This document shows, in pieces, positions 1-7,114 of a stretch of 64,000 bases of DNA. The notes below the pieces were generated by a model, which saw only the letters and a list, made by a program, of their open reading frames with translations, had not been told where the DNA came from and did no database searches. This DNA is from an uncultured virus (IMG/VR IMGVR_UViG_3300027751_000011). Lineage: Duplodnaviria > Heunggongvirae > Uroviricota > Caudoviricetes. The position numbers and the translations under genes are program-made. How positions within the stretch are numbered: position 1 is the stretch's first letter; each line of letters starts with the position of its first letter. The stretch lies in the IMG/VR virus record IMGVR_UViG_3300027751_000011; one strand, written 5' to 3'.

Positions 1-1224
1 AGGATCTTTTACGTAACCACCAGCAATTGCATGCGACTTACCTTTTTCTCTGGCTTCAGAACCAGGCTTTGCTACTGAAGTTTCTGTAGCACCAACTATT
101 GCATATGGTACCTTTTGAATTTGTTTGGCTGGACATACCACATTGTTATTAAGTAGTCTGCGATAAATGATAGACTCCCATATGCCAACAACACCAAATG
201 TATCGCTCACGTTTACACCACCACGATATGCCATAGTTAAGGCAAGAGAGATAAGACCCATCTTTTGGTCAATGCGATCTACGAGTTGAACATCTTTAAT
301 GTTATAGTCAATAAACTTTTGATGATCTTCTTTATATAGAGTATAAAGATTACCATGCTCTTCGTACGATAACTTCTTTTCACCAAGGACTGTATAAGCA
401 ATGTGGTCAAGCTTAAAGGATTCTTGATTGCCGTATGAGTAACCAAACTTTTTAAATAGTTCAAGGTAATCTGCCTGCTGAATACCTACTAACTCAAAGG
501 CCAAAAGCTCACGATTTAGAGATTTAACAGTGCGTTCATTTACTGAACCCCAAGGTGAGAGTCTTTTCATAGCAGCTTCGGAGCCAAGCATAGAAATGCG
601 GTTTACTATATAAGGGATATCAAAGAAGCGTGAATTCCAACCAGTAATAACATCTGGATAGTTTTTAGTCCAATATCCTAAAAATTTGGCAAGCAGATCT
701 TCTTCTGAATTGCAATGATGGTATTGAATTAAATCTCCATGCATATCAATTTCGGTTTTAGAAGAGTCATAAGTATCTAAACCCCACACTTGGTAAACAG
801 AAGACTTACTTGACTTAAGTGCTATAGAAATAATAGGGTATGCAGCTTCTTCAGGTGTAGGAAATCCATTATCAGATGCAACCTCGATATCAAAGTTAAC
901 GACATTCACATCGCTAATGTTAAATTTTATATCTTTTGGAAACTTGTCAGTAATAAATTGGTGAATATAATTGGTGGTGCCATGTACAGCAAAATTAGGT
1001 ACGCCTTCATATTTTTCTGCGAATTCCTTTGCCTCGCGCATAGAATCAAATTGTATGGGTTGTAATGGTTTACCAAATAAAGAATGGTATCTAGAATCTT
1101 CTCTGGATTCCATATACAATGTAGGTTTAAATTTGTATTTTTGAGATATTGCTGCTCCGCTATCGTTATAGCCTCGGTACAATATTGAATTACCGTATCT
1201 GTTTACGGATGTATAAAAAGCCAT
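1..1224 (-). CDS. gp43: Family B DNA polymerase, N-terminal part (runs off the window's left end)
   Basis: Not in the ORF track. Read by hand from ATG at 1224: MAFYTSVNRYGNSILYRGY..., with exonuclease motifs VNFDIEV and ITGWNSRFFDIPY, ending ...AGGYVKDP in frame at base 1. AGGAG RBS upstream. Confidence 0.96.
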   Translation of the reverse strand, partial: MAFYTSVNRYGNSILYRGYNDSGAAISQKYKFKPTLYMESREDSRYHSLFGKPLQPIQFDSMREAKEFAEKYEGVPNFAVHGTTNYIHQFITDKFPKDIKFNISDVNVVNFDIEVASDNGFPTPEEAAYPIISIALKSSKSSVYQVWGLDTYDSSKTEIDMHGDLIQYHHCNSEEDLLAKFLGYWTKNYPDVITGWNSRFFDIPYIVNRISMLGSEAAMKRLSPWGSVNERTVKSLNRELLAFELVGIQQADYLELFKKFGYSYGNQESFKLDHIAYTVLGEKKLSYEEHGNLYTLYKEDHQKFIDYNIKDVQLVDRIDQKMGLISLALTMAYRGGVNVSDTFGVVGIWESIIYRRLLNNNVVCPAKQIQKVPYAIVGATETSVAKPGSEAREKGKSHAIAGGYVKDP

Positions 1225-1246
1225 GGGTTCTCCTATCAACAATACC

Positions 1247-1275
1247 ATTCTAACACGAAAAAGGGGAGTTGTAAA
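1247..1275 (-). promoter_or_regulatory. sigma70-like promoter for gp43 (TTTACA-N17-TAGAAT)
   Basis: Motif with 17-nt spacer just upstream of the gp43 RBS; same hexamers occur upstream of gp55. Confidence 0.7.
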
Positions 1276-1286
1276 CCCCCCTTTTT
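1258..1286. terminator. Inverted repeat, putative intrinsic terminator overlapping the gp43 promoter
   Basis: AAAAAGGGGAGTTGTAAACCCCCCTTTTT: GC stem with A and T runs on either side. Confidence 0.55.
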
Positions 1287-1320
1287 AAAAATCTTTACTT
1301 TAGCTGTTATATCTTGGCTA

Positions 1321-1500
1321 TCATGAAGATCTGGTCCGATAGTACGAACGATATATCTCGGTCAGCTCTTGTTGATCAGTAGATTCTTGTACAATATAAT
1401 CTTCTTTATCTACTCTATGACCGTCTGCAATAGACATAGCGTCTTCTAAACGCGATGCTATAGCCAATATCTCTCCATCTTTTTTTCTGACTATATGCAC
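1321..1500 (-). CDS. Hypothetical protein, 59 aa (GTG start)
   Basis: Hand translation MHIVRKKDGEILAIASRLEDAMSIADGH...RTRSS*; start overlaps the upstream stop. Confidence 0.6.
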   Translation of the reverse strand: MHIVRKKDGEILAIASRLEDAMSIADGHRVDKEDYIVQESTDQQELTEIYRSYYRTRSS

Positions 1501-1658
1501 TATTCTAAACCTATACAGGGAATAAGAATAGACTGCTTGCAGTTATCTGGATAAGCAATGGCTGAGCCGAGTATAGGCAGACCTACCATACCAATGATAA
1601 TAATTAAAAAGGCCCAACCTAGACCTTTTGTGGTGCAATAGTTTGTTTGCTCACTCAT
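1500..1658 (-). CDS. Small membrane protein, 52 aa
   Basis: Hand translation MSEQTNYCTTKGLGWAFLIIIIGMVGLPILGSAIAYPDNCKQSILIPCIGLE*; one hydrophobic helix; GGAG upstream; fills the gap between neighbours. Confidence 0.7.
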   Translation of the reverse strand: MSEQTNYCTTKGLGWAFLIIIIGMVGLPILGSAIAYPDNCKQSILIPCIGLE

Positions 1659-1659
1659 A

Positions 1660-1842
1660 TTAACGCTCCGCCAGTACTATAGTACTTTGAGAATCATGAT
1701 AGTCCCCGCTTTCATAGTAGTCTCGGAATGCCATTTCCTTTATCATCGTACCATCTTTTACACGATACGTTACGATTTCCCTGCGAACAACATTCTTGAT
1801 GTCTGCATCAAATGCAGATTTAAAAGGTCCTTCATCACTCAT
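1660..1842 (-). CDS. Hypothetical protein (start uncertain; 1842 has a GGAG RBS)
   Basis: ORF track 1660..1962; the MSDEGPFK start avoids overlap with the upstream gene. Confidence 0.6.
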   Translation of the reverse strand: MSDEGPFKSAFDADIKNVVRREIVTYRVKDGTMIKEMAFRDYYESGDYHDSQSTIVLAER

Positions 1843-1888
1843 TTTTATAAAGTCTCCAGCACTAGTAAATTTCAAGTCTTGCATATCA

Positions 1889-2185
1889 TTATTCATGTTC
1901 GCCGCCATCACCTCTGCCGCTATAGCTACCAAATACATTTGGTTTACGATTAGCAGTTTCAAATGTTGCTACCGTAATAGCAACAGCGCCCAATAGCAAT
2001 GTATGTAACATCATACTGAATACTCCAGCCCACATGCTTCCTACAATAATTGCGAATACGATACACCACATCCATGCAAGAACTTGCATAATCATGTGGC
2101 GAGTGCTAAAATCTGGAATATTGCTTAAAGGATTTTTTTCATGGTCCATTACTACATTCCAGCAGTTAATAACAAAAGCTCTCAT
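1889..2185 (-). CDS. Hypothetical membrane protein with 2 predicted TM helices
   Basis: NPLSNIPD..RHMIMQVLAWMWCIVF hydrophobic core; TAATG coupling with the upstream gene. Confidence 0.8.
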   Translation of the reverse strand: MRAFVINCWNVVMDHEKNPLSNIPDFSTRHMIMQVLAWMWCIVFAIIVGSMWAGVFSMMLHTLLLGAVAITVATFETANRKPNVFGSYSGRGDGGEHE

Positions 2186-2397
2186 TATTTTTTATCCGAT
2201 ACAAAAGAATACATTTCCTTTGCTTTTTCTTGAAGTTCTTCCATAGTATACATTGCTGGGACTTCTTCAATAGTTTTCTTACCAGCTTCTACCATTTGGG
2301 CAAACAAAGCTGTATTTAATTCTACTTGTTTATCCATGTAGTCTTTTGCCATAGCAAGAATGTCTGCACGGATTTCGAATGGATTTTTATTAGTCAT
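2185..2397 (-). CDS. Hypothetical phage protein, 70 aa (NPFEIR..L.MAKDY..)
   Basis: ORF with AGGAG RBS, preceded by a hairpin and a CA-rich leader. Confidence 0.8.
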   Translation of the reverse strand: MTNKNPFEIRADILAMAKDYMDKQVELNTALFAQMVEAGKKTIEEVPAMYTMEELQEKAKEMYSFVSDKK

Positions 2398-2401
2398 AAT
2401 A

Positions 2402-2452
2402 GACTCCTATATGTTGTGTGTGTGACTAAGAGGGCGATCTCCCGCCCTCTAG
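2402..2452 (-). promoter_or_regulatory. Structured leader: GC hairpin, then CACACACAACA tract and RBS
   Basis: Minus strand CTAGAGGGCG-GGAGAT-CGCCCTCTTAG-TCACACACAACATAT-AGGAG. Confidence 0.5.
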
Positions 2453-2470
2453 CTTTTTAAAGCATTCTCA

Positions 2471-2620
2471 TTATAATGAGGTATTTATAATACATTCGCT
2501 TGACTGACTATATGTATCGAATACTGCATAAAATCCTATCAGTATGCAAACAACAGTTAGTGTCGACATTACTATAAAAGAAGCTAGTCCAAGCTTCTCT
2601 ACCAACTCTGATGCTACCAT
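2471..2620 (-). CDS. Small membrane protein, 49 aa
   Basis: Hand translation [54 protein letters not shown] coupling to the atpE stop. Confidence 0.55.
   Translation of the reverse strand: MVASELVEKLGLASFIVMSTLTVVCILIGFYAVFDTYSQSSECIINTSL
2482..2489 (-). promoter_or_regulatory. T4-type late promoter TATAAATA
   Basis: Exact gp55 consensus upstream of the 2185..2397 gene. Confidence 0.65.
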
Positions 2621-2841
2621 TATACGGCAAACATTAATAGAAGTGAAATAAGAAATGCAAAGATTCCTAATGCTTCTGCAAATGCTATACCGACAAACAT
2701 CGTTGAATTGTCAGCTTTTTTAGGCATGTGCTTTAATACACTACCTACTACCATCGAAACTCCAATAGCCGCTCCGCCCATTGCAAAAGTTGCTAGGCCA
2801 GCGCCTATATATGCGCCCATTGTTGCAATATCACCGGTCAT
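2620..2841 (-). CDS. atpE: F0 ATP synthase subunit c homologue with altered polar loop
   Basis: [15 protein letters not shown]-terminus and [23 protein letters not shown]-helix with the catalytic Glu, typical of Rhodobacteraceae subunit c; the RNP motif is absent. Confidence 0.92.
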   Translation of the reverse strand: MTGDIATMGAYIGAGLATFAMGGAAIGVSMVVGSVLKHMPKKADNSTMFVGIAFAEALGIFAFLISLLLMFAV

Positions 2842-3010
2842 CGTGTAATTCCCGTATTTGCATCATACAACGTTTGGCTTCCTCGGTGTAACCCATTCTT
2901 GCGAGTTCCGCAGCCGCTCTCGAGTATCCCACCGTCTGGGTGAAACGATCTAGAGAAGACCACAAACCCGACAATGGCGAGAAGACATAGTTTGCTACTA
3001 AAGTCGTCAT
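2831..3010 (-). CDS. Small hypothetical protein ([12 protein letters not shown] motif)
   Basis: ORF track; TAATG-coupled start at 3010. Confidence 0.75.
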   Translation of the reverse strand: MTTLVANYVFSPLSGLWSSLDRFTQTVGYSRAAAELARMGYTEEAKRCMMQIRELHDDR

Positions 3011-3264
3011 TAGACCCATCCTCGCAAATTTTTGTTTGCTTTGACGTGTGATATTGACGATTTTAATCGAGCAACATCATAGATGTCACCTCGACATAGA
3101 CCAATGTCTGCTAAGTCATAGTCAGATAGGTTGCCTAAAGCTTTTTCAGTTTCACGAATTGCTTTACGTTCAATCCGATTATTGTAAACACTTTTCAGCG
3201 TTTCAATGATTAGTTCAAGTGCTTTCGTTGAGTAGCTGTGCGCTACTAGTATTGCTTGTGTCAT
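3010..3264 (-). CDS. DUF1127 (YjiS-like) small protein
   Basis: R...R.T...L..LSD..L.DIGL.RGDI signature; GAGG RBS before MTQAIL. Confidence 0.88.
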   Translation of the reverse strand: MTQAILVAHSYSTKALELIIETLKSVYNNRIERKAIRETEKALGNLSDYDLADIGLCRGDIYDVARLKSSISHVKANKNLRGWV

Positions 3265-3685
3265 TTTGTTTCCTCGTTTGACCAATATTGATTTTACGAG
3301 GACGCATTTCTTCTGGAATGACATACTGCAATTCAATTGCCAGAATACCATCCTGAATATCTGCTCCGTTTACATTTACATGTTCGGACAGCCTAAAGGT
3401 TCGTTTAAATTTCTTTGTCGAAATGCCACGATGGATAAACTCTCTACCTTTAGAGACGTGCTCTCCCTTTACTGTTAAAGTCCTGTCTTTGACTTCAATA
3501 TTAATTTCATCCTTTGAAAACCCCGCAATAGCAAGTTCAATCAGATAATCAGATTCTGATGTCTTAATAATGTTATGTGGGGGATAGTGGTCTTGAGCAT
3601 GTTTTGCAGTGAACTCTAGTTCATTAAACAAATGGTCAAAACCAACAAAAGATGAACGCGGGAAAAGTGTTTGTAAGCCTGTCAT
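3215..3685 (-). CDS. hsp20: Small heat shock protein (Hsp20/IbpA-like)
   Basis: GFD.LF, YPPHNII, IELAIAGFSK, HRGIS..KF.R.F.L, DGIL.I.L...IPEE.RP.KI.I alpha-crystallin motifs. Confidence 0.95.
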   Translation of the reverse strand: MTGLQTLFPRSSFVGFDHLFNELEFTAKHAQDHYPPHNIIKTSESDYLIELAIAGFSKDEINIEVKDRTLTVKGEHVSKGREFIHRGISTKKFKRTFRLSEHVNVNGADIQDGILAIELQYVIPEEMRPRKINIGQTRKQNDTSNTSSAQLLNEST

Positions 3686-3740
3686 TGTTATCTCCTTTTG
3701 AGCAAGCAAGATTAAAAATGGACCCAGTTAACTGGCATCC
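3683..3740 (-). promoter_or_regulatory. ROSE-like RNA thermometer in the hsp20 5' UTR
   Basis: Hairpin 1 GGAUGCCAG-UUAA-CUGGGUCC. Hairpin 2 AUCUUGCUU...AAGGAGAU pairs UUGCU with the SD, leaving a bulged G. Confidence 0.7.
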
Positions 3741-3745
3741 GTAGT

Positions 3746-3788
3746 TATTTATATATCTATTATATAATACTTTTATGCAAAATGTACA
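3746..3788 (-). promoter_or_regulatory. Tandem promoters for the hsp20 operon: sigma70-like TGTACA-N18-TATAAT and late TATAAATA (3746-3753)
   Basis: Motifs read directly upstream of the hsp20 leader. Confidence 0.6.
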
Positions 3789-3805
3789 TAGCCAATATGT
3801 ATTTT

Positions 3806-4078
3806 TTACACTTCTAAGTCAATTAATTGACCCTGTGGAATTGGGCTCGGATCTACCGAGCCACTGCCGTTATATCGGAGAGCAGCTTGCTCTCTTAGAG
3901 TTTGAATTTCTTCAGCTCTGGCTATAACTTCTTTGCGGCTGTTAATTCTAATTTCAGCCCGCGTGGCTGCTTCAACCACGCGGAGCCTTTCTTTTTTTAG
4001 ATGCGCATCAATGTTTTCTGAATTCGGATATACTGGCACGTATGGTACAAATTTAGAATTTGATACTGCGCTTGTCAT
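3806..4078 (-). CDS. Hypothetical protein
   Basis: ORF track; ATGA overlap with regA. Confidence 0.7.
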   Translation of the reverse strand: MTSAVSNSKFVPYVPVYPNSENIDAHLKKERLRVVEAATRAEIRINSRKEVIARAEEIQTLREQAALRYNGSGSVDPSPIPQGQLIDLEV

Positions 4079-4488
4079 TGAGACCTATTTCCTATATTAT
4101 ATTTAGGACAAAGCTCCCAGTTATTCTTTTCTTTAAATGGGATTATTTTAATAAGCCTTAAAGGAGCACAATCTAGTTCTCTCTTTGTTTCGAACTCAAT
4201 TAATCCCCAATCACTTAGTAGTTGTGCAATCGTATTACGTCTTTGTATATCGCTTTTTTCTAAATTAGCTTTCTTACCGTCAAGCAAAAATAGCTCTTTA
4301 AAATGTACTATGAAGTATCTACCTTGCTTATGTAATATATGACATGATTGAAATAGTTTCTTATCTTTACGTGAAGCCACTCCAATACGAGTAAGTGTTT
4401 CTCTCACCTTTAAGAAATCATCTGGTTCGTTTAAATGGATCTCGAACATATCAGTCGGGCTCCATTCTATTAAATTACTTTCTTCCAC
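4075..4488 (-). CDS. regA: Translational repressor RegA
   Basis: PDDFLKVRETLTRIGVASRKDKKLFQSCHILHKQGRYFIVHFKELF signature. Confidence 0.97.
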   Translation of the reverse strand: MEESNLIEWSPTDMFEIHLNEPDDFLKVRETLTRIGVASRKDKKLFQSCHILHKQGRYFIVHFKELFLLDGKKANLEKSDIQRRNTIAQLLSDWGLIEFETKRELDCAPLRLIKIIPFKEKNNWELCPKYNIGNRSQ

Positions 4489-4852
4489 CTTTGCTCACCT
4501 TCTTTTTTATTACAGTTATCTGCTCTGGTGATAGGAGAGGTAAAACTTGTCTAGCTTTTTCATTGCTGTATGCATAGTACTCTTTAACCGCTTCAATATC
4601 ACTGTGTGTTTCAGGTTTTATCCATTTAGAAAAACGCTTGCGTTTTCTGATTGTATTTATAAGAAAGTGATATTGCAGTTTTTTGTCGATATGGTGGTAT
4701 TGGTTTACCACATTAGCCAGACCAACAGTGTCATTAAAATAAGAAAGACTACGATTAACAATATAAGAGTTGTATCCTCGCTCATCTATATCGTCCTCCA
4801 TTATGTCTTTTTTTGTAAAGTTAATACTATTTAAATAATCAAACGGGTTCAT
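4475..4852 (-). CDS. gp62: Clamp loader small subunit
   Basis: PFDYLNSIN..K, NRSLSY, IRKRKRFSKW, VKEYY.YS.EKA; synteny. Confidence 0.95.
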   Translation of the reverse strand: MNPFDYLNSINFTKKDIMEDDIDERGYNSYIVNRSLSYFNDTVGLANVVNQYHHIDKKLQYHFLINTIRKRKRFSKWIKPETHSDIEAVKEYYAYSNEKARQVLPLLSPEQITVIKKKVSKGGRK

Positions 4853-5145
4853 AAGGATCCTTCAATACCGCTATCTTGCCAAGGCCAGACAGAAGCTTTT
4901 TCTTCATCAATAAGAGTTTTTAGTTCTTCAGCTGTATAATCACGCGTGTTGGGCTTCTTATTAATATGTGTAGACCCGACATATAGCTGAGGCACAGTTT
5001 TATGGCCTTCGTAATACAAAAATTCTTTTGCTGCTGGTCTTTCTTTTATATCGTATGTTTCGTACTCGACTCCAGCTTCATTCAGCATTTCTTTCATAAT
5101 ATCGCAGTACGGACACATAGGTTGTGTGTATAAAAATACTTTCAT
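4849..5145 (-). CDS. Glutaredoxin
   Basis: CPYC active site and TVPQ motif. Confidence 0.9.
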   Translation of the reverse strand: MKVFLYTQPMCPYCDIMKEMLNEAGVEYETYDIKERPAAKEFLYYEGHKTVPQLYVGSTHINKKPNTRDYTAEELKTLIDEEKASVWPWQDSGIEGSL

Positions 5146-5153
5146 TTATTTTC

Positions 5154-5255
5154 CTAACCTACTAAGCTAATAATAAAATTATGAAGAGCTTTAAACAGTA
5201 CTGCGTTATCATATATTAACAACCATAATATAACTATTCCAACAGCAAGTCTCAT
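5154..5255 (-). CDS. Hydrophobic micropeptide, 33 aa
   Basis: Hand translation MRLAVGIVIIWLLIYDNAVLFKALHNFIISLVG*; ATGA overlap with the gp44 stop; fills the gap to glutaredoxin. Confidence 0.5.
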   Translation of the reverse strand: MRLAVGIVILWLLIYDNAVLFKALHNFIISLVG

Positions 5256-6190
5256 TTAAAATTAACCTGAGCCATAATTTCTGTTAGGCATGCTACAATA
5301 TTTAATTCGTGATCAGCGACAAAAGCATCTTTATATTGGTAGTCTGCAAGTATTAGCACAAGCTGAGGAATACTTTGCGTTTGTACTGTTTCTTGCATAT
5401 TGTCATACAGACCTCTAAATATAGAAGAAGTATCAATATCCATATGATTTACTACCCACTTACGCATACTTTTAAAATCTTTACCTTTTAAGTACTGCGT
5501 AAGATCGTTAAAGTTCCCAGTGTTTGACTCAGTATCACTCATAATATTAGATCCGCCGATAGACAGGCGCTGACACTCATTTAAAACTCTACGCCAGTCG
5601 GGCGCGTGCTTCATAATAAGTTTTACCAGACCAGGAACCTGATAATCAACTGACTCCTGATCTAAAATATATATAAGATTTTTAAGGAATGATTCGCATA
5701 ACTGAGCTAAATCTTTTTTAGAAGTATTGAATTCATATACTCCACAACGTGAGTGTAGAGGCTCAATAATTCTATTCTTGAAGTTACAAGTTAAGATAAA
5801 CCGGCAGTTGTTTGAGAACTCTTCAATGAATCCTCGAAGAGCTGGTTGAGTAGATTGTGGGTTAAGATAATCTGCTTCGTCAAGAATACATACTTTGTAT
5901 CCGCCCGATAAAGAAACCGTGGATGCAAATTGCTTTATTTTCCCTCTGAGAGTGTCGATGTTACCTTCTTCAGACCCGTTAATAAGAATATAATCTAGGC
6001 CTAGTTCATTGCATAAGGCTTTGGCTACTGTGGTTTTACCTAAACCTGCAGAGCCGGTGAACAACATGTTAGGAAGTTCACCGGTCTCTACAATACTCTG
6101 AAACGTTTTCATAAGAGAAGGAGGGAGGATTGTTTCAGAGATTTTAGTTGGACGATATTTTTCACACCAAAGAAATTGATCTTTGTTCAT
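5252..6190 (-). CDS. gp44: Clamp loader AAA+ subunit
   Basis: LW.EKYRP, Walker A GSAGLGKTT, Walker B ILDEAD, SRC motif. Confidence 0.97.
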   Translation of the reverse strand: MNKDQFLWCEKYRPTKISETILPPSLMKTFQSIVETGELPNMLFTGSAGLGKTTVAKALCNELGLDYILINGSEEGNIDTLRGKIKQFASTVSLSGGYKVCILDEADYLNPQSTQPALRGFIEEFSNNCRFILTCNFKNRIIEPLHSRCGVYEFNTSKKDLAQLCESFLKNLIYILDQESVDYQVPGLVKLIMKHAPDWRRVLNECQRLSIGGSNIMSDTESNTGNFNDLTQYLKGKDFKSMRKWVVNHMDIDTSSIFRGLYDNMQETVQTQSIPQLVLILADYQYKDAFVADHELNIVACLTEIMAQVNFK

Positions 6191-6207
6191 AATATAATAA
6201 TACCTTT

Positions 6208-6438
6208 TTATTCAGACTCAGCTGCCTGATCTTGTTGGAATGTTTCACACATCTGGATCATTTGTACACCTTGATCTCGTAACTGACCGAGTGTAGATAG
6301 TTCTTCACCCTTTACAGCTCCACGCTGTACCATTGTATCAATTACTGCAATAGTTGAACGACAGATACGATTTGCTAGATCGTATGTCGGTGCATGACTT
6401 TCATGCGCTAGTTTTACTTTATCTTCTTTAGACATCAT
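6208..6438 (-). CDS. Hypothetical protein
   Basis: ORF track; likely start MMSKEDK after GGAG. Confidence 0.75.
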   Translation of the reverse strand: MMSKEDKVKLAHESHAPTYDLANRICRSTIAVIDTMVQRGAVKGEELSTLGQLRDQGVQMIQMCETFQQDQAAESE

Positions 6439-7112
6439 TGTTCTCCATATGTAGATGTTTTTTCGAGAGCAACCCAATAAGTAACATTGGTATTTTGCCC
6501 TTTAAATTCTGATATTAGTTTGGATGATACTCTTACATCATATGTATCGGTAATCATTTTTAAGTTAGCTATATTTAAAATAAATCTAAAGTCTTCTTCT
6601 TTATAACCTCCATCAACTTCAATTGAGTATTCATTGGCTGTAGCGTTTTCTGGGTCGAATACGGACAGTTTGATGGCTCCACTAGATGGTTCAATACAGA
6701 ACTGACTAGTTCCAAGAGCAGCTGAAGCTCTTTTTAAGGAGTTAAGCGTATTTTCATCTAGGGTAAACCATACATCTTCATCGGGCATGTTAATAGGCTT
6801 AGTGGGCTGAGTTAGCATCTCAATATCTGCGTAGTAGTACCTTAGGTTTTCTCTGCCGCTTTGGCTTTTAATGACCATATGATTTTCTTCAAACTTGACA
6901 TTTGGGTTATCAACCAATCCTAACACATTTAGAAACTCTTGTAAATCATAAATTCCTATACAGTTTTCAAATGTTTCGGGTAACTCCGCTTTGGCTAGAA
7001 TGTTTTTGGCCGGAGATATAGTCATTAAGCTATTTCCGGGTTTGATTACTATATTACTATTGATTGCAGCGAAGTTCTTAAGAACGCTGACGGTATTTCC
7101 ACTTATTTCCAT
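6435..7112 (-). CDS. gp45: Sliding clamp
   Basis: LKNFA.IN.NI, IYDL.EFL, YWVALE; synteny with gp44/gp46. Confidence 0.96.
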   Translation of the reverse strand: MEISGNTVSVLKNFAAINSNIVIKPGNSLMTISPAKNILAKAELPETFENCIGIYDLQEFLNVLGLVDNPNVKFEENHMVIKSQSGRENLRYYYADIEMLTQPTKPINMPDEDVWFTLDENTLNSLKRASAALGTSQFCIEPSSGAIKLSVFDPENATANEYSIEVDGGYKEEDFRFILNIANLKMITDTYDVRVSSKLISEFKGQNTNVTYWVALEKTSTYGEQ

Positions 7113-7114
7113 AA

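Noticed and set aside
279..464. 61-aa minus ORF in the ORF track
   Set aside because: Out-of-frame overlap inside gp43.
2620..2841. Host chromosomal contamination or chimeric assembly explaining atpE
   Set aside because: No atpI/B/F neighbours; the gene is AT-rich like its flanks and overlaps phage-type ORFs on both sides.
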